Origin: a virus
Length of the DNA: 64,000 nt
Direction: 5' to 3' (one strand)
IMG/VR virus record: IMGVR_UViG_2910170622_000001
Coordinates: 33,789 to 97,788 of that record
The notes below the pieces were generated by a model. That model saw only the letters and a program-made list of their open reading frames with translations, was not told where the DNA came from and did no database searches. Of this stretch, positions 44,982 through 54,052 are shown in pieces. Positions within the stretch are counted from its first letter, which is position 1; every line of letters begins with the position of its first letter. The position numbers were made by a program, and so were the translations under genes.

Positions 44982-45773
44982 TTACCCTTGAGCTTTTCTG
45001 GCTTGACCTAAATAGAACCGCAGCAACCAACCTGTGAGCACAGTGGTCACAAAAATCATGATCACGTTGCCCCAGTCCACTAGAGAAAGGTTTGCTGTCA
45101 GCATCACCACTGGCAACATCTGCATCGCAACAGGTGGATAGACACAAAGAGACACTAGACCGTCAATCACCATCGCCACATTGTTTTGCTGCTTGAGGGT
45201 CTGACGTTCGCTACGAGTGGCTACCCGCAAATCTTCATCCTTTGGTTCATCCCTTACCAACTCATCCTGCATCGATGCCAGGATGGCTCTCGCGTTGTGC
45301 TGAAACAAAATCCAGCGGAATTGTACGAGGGTAATAAAAGCACCCGCGATCGACCCTAAGCACGCTACGAACACCTGATCGGCTGGTGTGCGAGAAACAA
45401 CACAGACCATTGCAGCCACGAACGCTAACAGCACAGGCAGATGTTTTGCTTTCTTAGAGCGAGTGCTTTTTTTGCTGGCACCAACAATGCCACGTGCGAA
45501 GAAGTAAACGGAGGCGCTGACACCGGCAACGGCGATCGGGAACACAATGCGGCTTGAATCAGTAAGCAGAGTGCTTAACCCAGGCACCTTGCCAACGATC
45601 CAACTAGCTGCCATGTAGTAAGGGATGAAGTTGAGGAAGATCACCACTACCAAAGCTAGCAAGAGGATTACTGCCAGGGCAGCAGCAGCGCTATGCTCAA
45701 AATCCTTTTGCTGTTCCTGCGGTGATCGTCCTGAAGATTGACCTTGATTTGTTGTTGTCATGACTTGCCCCAT
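44982..45773 (-). CDS. Multi-pass membrane protein
   Basis: About 6 hydrophobic helices; same operon as the ATPase. Confidence 0.7.
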   Translation of the reverse strand: MGQVMTTTNQGQSSGRSPQEQQKDFEHSAAAALAVILLLALVVVIFLNFIPYYMAASWIVGKVPGLSTLLTDSSRIVFPIAVAGVSASVYFFARGIVGASKKSTRSKKAKHLPVLLAFVAAMVCVVSRTPADQVFVACLGSIAGAFITLVQFRWILFQHNARAILASMQDELVRDEPKDEDLRVATRSERQTLKQQNNVAMVIDGLVSLCVYPPVAMQMLPVVMLTANLSLVDWGNVIMIFVTTVLTGWLLRFYLGQARKAQG

Positions 45774-46333
45774 TTAGCTTTGAACTTTGCAAATGCAGCA
45801 CCTTTGCTGCTGTAAACCTTGTCTGCGATCGGGCGCATAATCGCTGTCCCAGTTACATGGTCAAGCCGTCCAGTGGGGTGCCCAATGACCACGCCTGTTG
45901 AACCATCCAGACCGCACACAGTAGAGCCTGCACTGACCAAGCGGCGATCGATGTTATAAACAGGCTCACCAGAGATTACTGCTGCTGCCACGACACAATT
46001 AGGGTTACTAAAACGGTCTTCAGCAATCTGGTTTTTCTGAGCCGCCAAACCGTTAAGCGCCGCATCTAACTGAAACTGTGCCGATATGGGGCGCACTGTC
46101 TCAGCAAGTCTTGCCTGGTCAGCGCTATTCCTTAACTGTGCCGGTAACGAAGCAAAGACTGATGCAGCTAACACTCCAACACCAGCAAGCACCATCCAGT
46201 GGTCAGCAAAAAAATCTGCCGCTGCTTGCTTAGGCATCGGCTGAATGCGCTCACGCCTGCTAAAAGCAACCGGCGCTGATTGTATCTGCATTGCCTGCGT
46301 AAACTCCCGTTCAAAGTCGTCCATCGATCGCAC
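45758..46333 (-). CDS. Single-TM exported protein with two Cys
   Basis: TM WMVLAGVGVLAASVF, then NPNC...GSTVCGLDGSTG. Confidence 0.6.
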   Translation of the reverse strand: MRSMDDFEREFTQAMQIQSAPVAFSRRERIQPMPKQAAADFFADHWMVLAGVGVLAASVFASLPAQLRNSADQARLAETVRPISAQFQLDAALNGLAAQKNQIAEDRFSNPNCVVAAAVISGEPVYNIDRRLVSAGSTVCGLDGSTGVVIGHPTGRLDHVTGTAIMRPIADKVYSSKGAAFAKFKAKWGKS

Positions 46334-46340
46334 CTCCTAT

Positions 46341-46880
46341 CTAAAGTTCGCTTTCTGCTAATGCTTGAATTTGCCGCTGCCCTTGCTGCTCTGACTCTTG
46401 CAACCACGCTTCTAAGCTAGTCGTGTCAATTTCACGTTCCGGTAGCAGTGCCAATTGTTCACGTGCACCGCCCAGAAAGTCAAAGTCAAGTTGAGCAGCA
46501 GGCGCTTCGCCGCTCAACAGTTCACCTGTCCGCAGCATGACCTTCTGCATAAACGCTTGAGGGTCTGATGCTGCTGCCAACCGTTGCGCCAATTCATCTG
46601 CTAGCTGGTCTTGCTGCTGTTCCGCAGTCTTGACCACCCCTACTAAGTCAACCAGTGCCTCAGACATGCGCACGTTCACACGTTGCGCTGCCTTTGCCGC
46701 GATCGGTGCCATTTGCTCACGCTCTGCTGACACTCTTGACTTAACAACTGGTGCTGGTTTACCCGTTGCCAACTGGGCACGATCGGGGGCAGGTTTGGCA
46801 ACACTGCCTGGTCGTGCTGGCGGCATTGGGGCTAGCTCGCTGTTTCCGCTTTCGCTCAAATCTCGAATCATGATGTACAC
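46341..46880 (-). CDS. Hypothetical coiled-coil protein
   Basis: First gene of the ATPase operon. Confidence 0.55.
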   Translation of the reverse strand: MYIMIRDLSESGNSELAPMPPARPGSVAKPAPDRAQLATGKPAPVVKSRVSAEREQMAPIAAKAAQRVNVRMSEALVDLVGVVKTAEQQQDQLADELAQRLAAASDPQAFMQKVMLRTGELLSGEAPAAQLDFDFLGGAREQLALLPEREIDTTSLEAWLQESEQQGQRQIQALAESEL

Positions 46881-47011
46881 CTACCAAATGTTTGAGGATA
46901 GCTTAACACATTGGTTTGCAATTGGACACCAATAGGTGTACAAATAGATAGTTCATCGCTCCAATTGCAAACCGTTGGCTAGAATGGCGATAACAACTAC
47001 GCTTAAGGTAA

Positions 47012-47395
47012 ATGCGTGTGAGCACAGAGATAGTGGCTAAATCGGCGGACGATCCAAGATCGAGACGTTATCAGGTGGGGTTGCCGCTTGAGACTGAGTT
47101 GTTTTATTGCGCTCAAGGCGAATTTATTCGCAATAGTTCAACGACTAGGGCGATGGAGCAGTTTTTGATGGATAGAGCCAAGGCTAGTCAAAATGTCCAA
47201 GAACTGCGCGATAGCATCCTGTTTCGCTCTGAGCTGTCGGGGGAGCCGCCTGTTGTTGTGCTGGAAACGTTTTTATTGAAGAACAAATACAACCAAGTGC
47301 AAGGCGTAGATGTACCCGCTACAGCAAAAGCCCTTTGCAAGATTTGGGGTCTGTCAACCGATGAAGAATTAGGGAGTGAAGAATCAGAGGTTTAG
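47012..47395 (+). CDS. Hypothetical (possible DNA-binding) protein
   Basis: Divergent from the ATPase operon. Confidence 0.55.
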   Translation: MRVSTEIVAKSADDPRSRRYQVGLPLETELFYCAQGEFIRNSSTTRAMEQFLMDRAKASQNVQELRDSILFRSELSGEPPVVVLETFLLKNKYNQVQGVDVPATAKALCKIWGLSTDEELGSEESEV

Positions 47396-47852
47396 CATGA
47401 TTGATCTTGAATTGCAGCAGCGAGATTTTCCTGCTGCTTTTGCCAAAACATACGCAATCAAAATCTACGGATCTAAGCCTTCACCCAATACTTGGCGCAA
47501 TTGGCGATCGTGGGCAGACATCCCCAAAGGTGCAAAACTGTTTTCCTTTGAGCAAGTTTGCAAGTTAACCGCGATCGCTGTTCTTCGGTCCAAAAACGCT
47601 GAAGGCTGTTTGCGCGAGTCTGACATTCACGCGATCGCCTACTCTTTGGAACATCAAGAACAAGTAGCAGCAGTAATTGAGTATTTAGACAATAGCGAGA
47701 TAGTTGCTGGCAATGATTTAGTTAGAGCTTTAAGCGTTAGAGGTGTGGACATGAGCTTGCCCACACTTTATCGACGTATGCGTGAAATAAACGTTAAGTT
47801 CAGCCAGCAAAAAACGTACAAAGTTAATAGATTGGTCACGTTTTTAAGGTGA
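47376..47852 (+). CDS. MerR-like/double HTH DNA-binding protein
   Basis: PSPNTWRNWR...FSFEQV; second HTH MSLPTLYRR. Confidence 0.55.
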   Translation: MKNQRFSMIDLELQQRDFPAAFAKTYAIKIYGSKPSPNTWRNWRSWADIPKGAKLFSFEQVCKLTAIAVLRSKNAEGCLRESDIHAIAYSLEHQEQVAAVIEYLDNSEIVAGNDLVRALSVRGVDMSLPTLYRRMREINVKFSQQKTYKVNRLVTFLR

Positions 47853-47885
47853 GAAAAAAAGTATCAGCTATTTTCTCACCTTAAA
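47843..47885. terminator. 15-bp inverted repeat at the end of 47376-47852
   Basis: TTTAAGGTGAGAAAA ... TTTTCTCACCTTAAA. Confidence 0.6.
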
Positions 47886-48189
47886 TGGCTGCAATCAATT
47901 GCTGGAGCGTGTTTGAGCGTCAGACTATAGGGGTATACCCCTGTTTGAAGCCTGTTTTAGCGATCGGCTCTGTGAGCGGGTTTCAGCGGATGGGGTGACG
48001 TGTTTTAGAGGCTCTACTGATTTTAATTATTAGTTGAAACCAAGATTGTGCATAAAAGCGATCGCTATTAACGAGTCGATCGGGCTTTGTTGCTAACGAG
48101 TAAAATAGAATAAGCCCCACCTAGATTTGCGGTCATCGGTGAGGCTTCAAAGATATTCAAACTAATGACGTACTTGAGGTAATTTTAGC

Positions 48190-49161
48190 ATGGCTAGACG
48201 TGTTCAAGATACGAGACACCAGCCTTTCTGGTGGGTTGCTAATGACGTTGTAGACGATGGGCATATAGCTGCTATGGGTGCTCCTGCTTGGGCTGTCTAC
48301 TCTGTTATCGTCCGTTACGGGTGCAACTCTAGAGAAGCGTTCCCAAGTATTCAGACATTGATGAAGCTTACTGGCTTAAGCAAGCAAGGAATTATCAACT
48401 CAACTAAGAAACTGGTAGAGCTTGGGTACATCTGGAAGAAGCAGGGTGGACCGAAAAAGGGCAGCAACGTTTACAAGTTGCGAGACGTGCGGAAGCCTAA
48501 AGCTAGTCAACCTGATAGACCACAGGTAGTCAACGAGGTAGACCAGGGTAGTCAACGTCGTGTACCAGATGTAGTCAACGACGTTGACCCTATAAAGAAA
48601 AATAAGATAGCAGAAAGACAAAACAAAGATTTCGCTTCCGCTCTGGAGCCTTGCCCTTTAGGGGCAGGTTCCGACGCTCACGCTCAAGAAGAAAGAAACT
48701 CAGATGTTGATGTGGCGAGTCTAAGTCCAGACGATCGCATCGTTTATCAAGCAGCAGAACACCTAGCCAAGTTTTTTAATGGCAGAGTGGAGTTTCTTCA
48801 GAAGTCAGAAACTTTTGCTGCGGTGAAAAAGGACGAGCCGATCGCAGAGCTAAAGATGTACGCGCTGCCGTCCGGCGAAAAGTTGGAAATGGCTTGGATT
48901 AGCCCCGTATTCCGCTGGCTGCTCGATCGTGGCTACACACCAGAGATTAGCGAATCAGCCACCTTAGATGACGGATTTGAGGTCAAAGAGCCAATGTTTT
49001 TCGATCCGGTGTACAAGCACTGGTCGATTTTGGATCTTTCATGGCAGAAATCGAGCCGCAAAGACTTAAGCGATTTCGTTATTGAAAACGTCCATCTGAA
49101 AAAGTTGGAGATATTCATCAGAGAGCAGCAACGGCAAAAACTAGCGGAGTGTGCAGCATAG
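48190..49161 (+). CDS. Replication initiator-like protein (HTH_36, lambda O-like)
   Basis: AWAVYSVIVRY...AFPSIQTLMKLTGLSKQGIINSTKKLVELGYI; internal iterons. Confidence 0.8.
   Translation: MARRVQDTRHQPFWWVANDVVDDGHIAAMGAPAWAVYSVIVRYGCNSREAFPSIQTLMKLTGLSKQGIINSTKKLVELGYIWKKQGGPKKGSNVYKLRDVRKPKASQPDRPQVVNEVDQGSQRRVPDVVNDVDPIKKNKIAERQNKDFASALEPCPLGAGSDAHAQEERNSDVDVASLSPDDRIVYQAAEHLAKFFNGRVEFLQKSETFAAVKKDEPIAELKMYALPSGEKLEMAWISPVFRWLLDRGYTPEISESATLDDGFEVKEPMFFDPVYKHWSILDLSWQKSSRKDLSDFVIENVHLKKLEIFIREQQRQKLAECAA
48504..48591 (+). repeat. Four iteron-like repeats inside the initiator gene (candidate origin)
   Basis: TAGTCAAC at 48504, 48527, 48549 and 48572 (22-23 bp period), each an imperfect GTCAAC-N3-GTWGAC palindrome. 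Confidence 0.75.
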
Positions 49162-49174
49162 GACAGACACAGCA

Positions 49175-49208
49175 AAGCCCGACGATCGCGCCATAAATCG
49201 TCGGGCTT
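49175..49208. terminator. 12-bp hairpin downstream of the initiator gene
   Basis: AAGCCCGACGAT / ATCGTCGGGCTT. Confidence 0.6.
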
Positions 49209-49264
49209 CCCTTACCCACTTTTCTGGTCACTGGGTAGAATGGCAAAAATCGTGAGGTTAGCCT

Positions 49265-49573
49265 ATGCCTGGACTAATGCAGTGGCGCAGCGCATCATCA
49301 ACCGATCGCACCAAGATTCTCTGGATACAGGAGCCTGGACAACCGTGGAAACGATATAACGCCTGTTCCATTAGAGTGCCTGACTACAGCCCTGTGAGCG
49401 GCATCCAGCATTCAAAGGGCTGAGCAGCTAGTCAACACTACCGCAAGCTTGGCTATGTCCTACTAGCGTCTGACCCTGCTGAGAACCGGGCAGAGGATGC
49501 GGAGTTCCAGAAGCCGAAGATGATGCCATTGTCAGGCTTGTCAGAGGAGCAGCGGCGATCGTGGGTGGCTTAA
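49265..49573 (+). pseudogene. Small cyanobacterial hypothetical gene with an in-frame TGA at codon 53
   Basis: ILWIQEPGQPWKRY...VPDY...HSKG*AASQHYRKLGYVL; TGA at 49421-49423, frame continues to TAA at 49571. Confidence 0.5.
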
Positions 49574-49821
49574 AGTTTGGGGGGTGATTCCATGAACTTT
49601 TTGCGTTTGCTCTCAAACTCAGCGTAGGCTTTGTCTCTCGTTGCCATCTCTTCATCGTTTACTGCCAACGTTTTGAGCGCAGTCAGCCCATTGATCGCAG
49701 CCTCAAGCGCGAACGCCAAATCTTTCACTTGCTCTGCCGTTCCGTCATCGATCGCGAAAGCGAGATGACCTTGCAATTTATCAACAAGCTTGTTTTGCTT
49801 TTGTAGTTGTTCGTTCATCAT
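49570..49821 (-). CDS. Hypothetical coiled-coil protein
   Basis: GGAG RBS; end of the leftward operon. Confidence 0.55.
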   Translation of the reverse strand: MMNEQLQKQNKLVDKLQGHLAFAIDDGTAEQVKDLAFALEAAINGLTALKTLAVNDEEMATRDKAYAEFESKRKKFMESPPKL

Positions 49822-49868
49822 TTATCTCCAAAATAGTTTGCTAAGACCCTACAACTTCCTCATCTAGG

Positions 49869-50276
49869 TTAACCGTCAGAATCAGCCCGATCGCACTGGT
49901 CTGCTTCCTGCCTCACCTCTTTCAATTCCGCTTCCAGTTCGTCTAGGCGATCGTCGTCATCGTCGTGCAATCCGATCATGGTATTTGGCACTGACGCGAT
50001 CGCTTTAAGTATTGCCTGCCGTTCGAGTGAAGCGATGCGAGCCTCTCTGTTCTGCGAGTTCTGTACCAGGAACAGCATTAGAAAGGTGATGACTGTCGTT
50101 GAGCTGTTGGCAGCAAAGTTCCAACCCTCGTTGAATTGAAAGAACGGACCTGCTGCTAGCCAAAGCAAGGTGACAACGAGAGCGGTGGCGAAGGCGATCG
50201 GATCGCCCATCACTTTGGCTGTTCTTTCAGCGACTCTGCGAAAGAGCTTGTTAGTTTTCCGGGTGTTAAATGGCAT
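49869..50276 (-). CDS. Low-affinity iron permease (Fet4-like) family protein
   Basis: FRRVAERTAKVMGDPIAF...LWLAAGPFFQFNEGW...NSSTTVITFLMLFLVQNSQNR. Confidence 0.88.
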   Translation of the reverse strand: MPFNTRKTNKLFRRVAERTAKVMGDPIAFATALVVTLLWLAAGPFFQFNEGWNFAANSSTTVITFLMLFLVQNSQNREARIASLERQAILKAIASVPNTMIGLHDDDDDRLDELEAELKEVRQEADQCDRADSDG

Positions 50277-50336
50277 GGAGCAAAGGGCGTAGTGCGATCG
50301 CTCTATCTTGCTAGATGCTGGGCGATCGTGCCACTG

Positions 50337-50966
50337 CTACGGGTGTTGCTTTAACCTAAAAGCATCAAAATCAAAAGCTTTCCATCCGTGTTTTTTGTAC
50401 ATTGCCTTGATTTGATCGATTGGTAGTAACGGTAAGCCCAAGTCTAAATTGCTTTGATACCATCGATCTCTTGAACTTTCGCCAAACTCAAAATACTTTG
50501 AACCACAGCAAACCTGGCAATACAAAACCCAATCAGGATCGTGCTTGCCATTTGCAATCAGCCCAAGCTCTGCTTTTTCTTTCGCCTTATCCCATTCTTC
50601 ATCTTCATGGTCATGATAGGGACTGGGCAAAATAATATGGTTTTTTGAGACAGGGTAAGCAGTATGAAAAGCAGTTTTAAGCGCTTCTTGATGCTTCTCC
50701 CACCGCTTTTGATACAACCATTCTTGAATTCCGTCCCCGTTCAACGCATCAGCCGCGCCAATCAGCGCTTTAACAAAAGCATTGATTTTAAGGTTACCGG
50801 ATTCATGCAGAGCAAAAAGTTTGTCGTCTACACAACTTGTTAAACTGTCGCGCAACAACCCGAATAGATGTTCGCCTTTTACAGTTACACCTATATCACG
50901 GCAGACTGCGGTTAGCTTGCCATCAACCAATACAATCTCAACGGTCAGAGAGTCTAAAGTCTTCAT
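50337..50966 (-). CDS. Hypothetical protein
   Basis: ATGA-coupled. Confidence 0.6.
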   Translation of the reverse strand: MKTLDSLTVEIVLVDGKLTAVCRDIGVTVKGEHLFGLLRDSLTSCVDDKLFALHESGNLKINAFVKALIGAADALNGDGIQEWLYQKRWEKHQEALKTAFHTAYPVSKNHIILPSPYHDHEDEEWDKAKEKAELGLIANGKHDPDWVLYCQVCCGSKYFEFGESSRDRWYQSNLDLGLPLLPIDQIKAMYKKHGWKAFDFDAFRLKQHP

Positions 50967-51664
50967 TTAGCAGCCTCAAGTTGAAGGCTAGACGGTTTGA
51001 ACGCGCAAGAACGATCGGCATAGAAAAGAACTGAATCGCCAGCAGTATCATCAAGTCTATTTGCAGCAGCGTAATTACCCCAACCAACCTCAATCATCAT
51101 GCTTTCATCGTGATGCCCTGAAGACGGCAGAAAGAAGTCAAGCTCTACCCAGTCAGCGCTTTCAGAAACGTATTCAATGTGGCGTAAATTTGTTTCAACA
51201 TCAAACTCCCAACCACCCTTGAGATTGGCAACATAACGCACATAAGCGTTATTACGCTCAGACCAGTGACGGAATAGCTCGATCGCTCTAGGAACAAACG
51301 CTTTCAGCACGTCCATGTCATCGGGCAGCAAGATCAACTGACCGCAGACCTTAGGGAATTTAACCAACTTACCGTCAACCGTCATCTCGCCAAACGTTAA
51401 CCCGCTGACGTTGTACTGCTTCTGATATTCATGGACACGATCGCGAAATTCCCAGTAGGAATTAATCTCTAGCAGTCTTTTAGCGCCAATAAACGAGCCA
51501 AGCTCACCCATCAAATCAGTTGCAATGCTGTTGGCTGTCTCAATGTCTTGCTCTACAAGCAAAACTGATTGAGGAACTTTCTTTTTGTCCATAAAGCTGT
51601 TCACTTCATTTAGACAAATCTGTTCTAATTCTTCAGGGGTGTAGATCTTTTTGTCATCAATCAT
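50963..51664 (-). CDS. Hypothetical protein
   Basis: ATGA-coupled. Confidence 0.6.
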   Translation of the reverse strand: MIDDKKIYTPEELEQICLNEVNSFMDKKKVPQSVLLVEQDIETANSIATDLMGELGSFIGAKRLLEINSYWEFRDRVHEYQKQYNVSGLTFGEMTVDGKLVKFPKVCGQLILLPDDMDVLKAFVPRAIELFRHWSERNNAYVRYVANLKGGWEFDVETNLRHIEYVSESADWVELDFFLPSSGHHDESMMIEVGWGNYAAANRLDDTAGDSVLFYADRSCAFKPSSLQLEAAK

Positions 51665-51831
51665 GGCGTTTGCTCCAGTGTTAATTGCCCTTGCAGTACG
51701 TGCCGAACCATTGGCAGTTGCCCATCGCTATACCAGAGGCAGGTACCTCCAGCAGTTAGGTAGGCAGCGGCGATCGGTCTGCCCGTTTCATCGTGCGTCG
51801 GTTGTGGTGTGGTGCCGTTGTTGATGGTCAT
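51661..51831 (-). CDS. Small hypothetical protein (56 aa, not in ORF track)
   Basis: Fills the gap exactly, with ATGA overlaps at both ends. Confidence 0.55.
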   Translation of the reverse strand: MTINNGTTPQPTHDETGRPIAAAYLTAGGTCLWYSDGQLPMVRHVLQGQLTLEQTP

Positions 51832-52031
51832 GGCTTCTCCCCAAGTTGTACGAGTGGCACTGAATTGGCGAATACAGCGCCAACCTTGTAGTCAAGTTGC
51901 TGCGGATCTTGCTCGTCGATCCAAGTCTCCATCGCTTCACCCGCTGCTCGCCTAGACGAGGATGCGCTGACAGGTACTTTCTCGTTGTCCAGTTTGCGGA
52001 TGACGTAACCAATGTAAAAGCGTTGAGTCAT
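51828..52031 (-). CDS. Hypothetical protein
   Basis: ATGA-coupled. Confidence 0.55.
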   Translation of the reverse strand: MTQRFYIGYVIRKLDNEKVPVSASSSRRAAGEAMETWIDEQDPQQLDYKVGAVFANSVPLVQLGEKP

Positions 52032-52252
52032 GGCTTTTGCTCCATTTCAATTAATTTAGTTAGTGTGGCGTGCTCGGCTATAGCAACATCGATCGCCCCT
52101 GCATCCGCCGCAAATTTGTAACTCTTGGCAATCTGCCCCTGCCCGAGCCGTCGCTTGGCATATGAGATTTTTAGCTCTAGGTTTTCGAGTTCGCTGAGTG
52201 CGCGATCGGCTGTCTCTTGCTGCAAATGTTTCAGGATGGCGATGTCGGTCAT
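52028..52252 (-). CDS. Hypothetical protein
   Basis: ATGA-coupled. Confidence 0.55.
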   Translation of the reverse strand: MTDIAILKHLQQETADRALSELENLELKISYAKRRLGQGQIAKSYKFAADAGAIDVAIAEHATLTKLIEMEQKP

Positions 52253-52602
52253 GGCTTCACCTCTTCATCTTCAAAATTGTCGTCAGTTCCGATCGGTCGA
52301 TCGCCCTCTCCTTGCTTAACGCAATAAAAATCGATAATTTGCTCAACAGTGAGGCTTGTTTCGTTTTTGCCTGCTCGGTTGCACGAGACAACACTTTCAG
52401 CGCTGTCATCTAGCTGAGATGATGTTCCTTTTGCCTCCACACGCAACAAGCGATCGGGCAGATTTCTCATGCCATCAGCGCCATATTCTTGCTGATAGTA
52501 TTCCTTAAACTCTTCCAGCGACATTCCGTAGGTTACAGGGGCATCAACAACGGTTGACCATTCCAGATAATGATTTTGCAGCTTGACGATGTATCTTGGC
52601 AT
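52249..52602 (-). CDS. Conserved phage hypothetical protein
   Basis: MPRYIVKL...YLEWSTVVDAPVTYGMSLEEF...RAG.NET.LT. Confidence 0.6.
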   Translation of the reverse strand: MPRYIVKLQNHYLEWSTVVDAPVTYGMSLEEFKEYYQQEYGADGMRNLPDRLLRVEAKGTSSQLDDSAESVVSCNRAGKNETSLTVEQIIDFYCVKQGEGDRPIGTDDNFEDEEVKP

Positions 52603-52604
52603 GG

Positions 52605-52865
52605 TTATGGCTGTGCCTCTTGCTTTGCAATACGAGCCGCTTTTAGCCAAGCATCACCAGGAGCAGCAATAGTGACAGTGCCATCTCTGTGATCGGTTTT
52701 CTTAATGGCACCCCAATAGATGCCGTGCTTCGTCAAACTGCTTGCCCAAATATCTAAAAGTAAGGTGAATTGCTCAATGCTGAATTGCTGCGGGTTGCTG
52801 ATACTTTGCCAACCGGACAGCAAAGCACCGTCATAAATAGGCTTTGCTCTAAAACGATGGTTCAT
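52605..52865 (-). CDS. Hypothetical protein
   Basis: ATGA-coupled. Confidence 0.55.
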   Translation of the reverse strand: MNHRFRAKPIYDGALLSGWQSISNPQQFSIEQFTLLLDIWASSLTKHGIYWGAIKKTDHRDGTVTIAAPGDAWLKAARIAKQEAQP

Positions 52866-53113
52866 AGCTTCACCTTCTGGCTTTCTACCTGGGCTAAATC
52901 AGTCAGCACAGCTCGCAATGTCGATCGCTCAGTCAACTCTCCACTCAAACGATTAGCAGTGGCATCGATGCTACCCTGCGTCCAGTCCTCTCTACCGTTA
53001 TCCACCTGTCTTTGTAATTGCTCCAATAGTTTTTGCAGACTGGCAATCTCGCTAAGAATGCGGCGATCGCACTCGCTTAACTTGTGGTTCAACACGTCTT
53101 CGATTTTGATCAT
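52862..53113 (-). CDS. Hypothetical coiled-coil protein
   Basis: TAATG-coupled to the XRE gene. Confidence 0.55.
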   Translation of the reverse strand: MIKIEDVLNHKLSECDRRILSEIASLQKLLEQLQRQVDNGREDWTQGSIDATANRLSGELTERSTLRAVLTDLAQVESQKVKL

Positions 53114-53349
53114 TAGTCAAATTTCACTCCAAAATCAGTGCCTAAAACCGATTCAATCAGTCGCAGCGTCTCTTCCGGCAAGGTTTGACGTTCCTCTTCA
53201 ATGCGATACCAATTTTGAGTAGACATACCAGCAGCGGCAGCAATAGCGCTCAATGTGCGGCTATCTGCCTTTCTAGCTGCCTTAATTTTGTCGCCCAAAG
53301 CAGGCACCGTTATCTTTTGACTCCGTACAACATCCACGTCTAGTACCAT
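53113..53349 (-). CDS. XRE-family HTH regulator
   Basis: LGDKIKAARKADSRTLSAIAAAAGMSTQNWYRIE. Confidence 0.88.
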   Translation of the reverse strand: MVLDVDVVRSQKITVPALGDKIKAARKADSRTLSAIAAAAGMSTQNWYRIEEERQTLPEETLRLIESVLGTDFGVKFD

Positions 53350-53404
53350 TTCTTTCCTTTAATCTCTCACAATCTACCGACTCGTTCAATATAGCACGTT
53401 TTAC

Positions 53405-53433
53405 TTGACACGTGTCACGTGATGAATTACATT
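53405..53433 (+). promoter_or_regulatory. Sigma70-type promoter with a palindromic operator over the -35 box
   Basis: TTGACA-17 nt-TACATT; palindrome TGACACGTGTCA at 53406-53417. Confidence 0.7.
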
Positions 53434-53440
53434 TGTAGAC

Positions 53441-53629
53441 ATGACAACGACACACCGCAAACCGATGACGCAACGCACCACCGGCGAACTGCTAAGAGCC
53501 TGGGAACGCGCCGAGACGCTGACCGCCGACGAGATGGCAACGCTCATCGCAGCCGAGCCTGGAGTGGCAAGAGCGGCGGAACAGGACGCTGAAGACGAAG
53601 CAAAACACCAAGCCTTCCTAAACCAATGA
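53441..53629 (+). CDS. Hypothetical protein
   Basis: First ORF after the promoter. Confidence 0.5.
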   Translation: MTTTHRKPMTQRTTGELLRAWERAETLTADEMATLIAAEPGVARAAEQDAEDEAKHQAFLNQ

Positions 53630-54042
53630 CCAACGAACAAGCGCTACTGCTTTACAAGTCGCACAGGTCGGCAAAGACAAGTCCCTACTTGCAAGCTTCA
53701 TCGGTGCAATTTATCCGCACCGAATTGAGAGCGCTAGAAACTATTTACGGGTTCCCCACCATGCAGATAAAGACGATCGCGCCCATCCAAACACCATTAG
53801 GCACCGCCGAATACCTCAGCGAATCAGACCCAGACCGCAACGGCATCAGCCAAGTAACAGTGCGCTATCCAAACGGCACTACAGCCACCTACAGCAGCAA
53901 CGAAGTTGAGTTACGAGAAGTATGGGTAGAACGCACTGTACAGAACGTATGGACGCTAGAAGGGCAGTTAAGCGCGATCGCTGCTGCCAGTGCTAACTCG
54001 CACGAACTGGCTGAACAGTACGAAGCTCACAATCTAATTTAG
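53626..54042 (+). CDS. Hypothetical protein
   Basis: ATGA-coupled. Confidence 0.55.
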   Translation: MTNEQALLLYKSHRSAKTSPYLQASSVQFIRTELRALETIYGFPTMQIKTIAPIQTPLGTAEYLSESDPDRNGISQVTVRYPNGTTATYSSNEVELREVWVERTVQNVWTLEGQLSAIAAASANSHELAEQYEAHNLI

Positions 54043-54052
54043 GACTTTAGCC

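Noticed and set aside
49421-49423. Element-wide TGA recoding
   Set aside because: Many genes end at TGA with ATGA coupling to the next gene; only one internal TGA was noticed.
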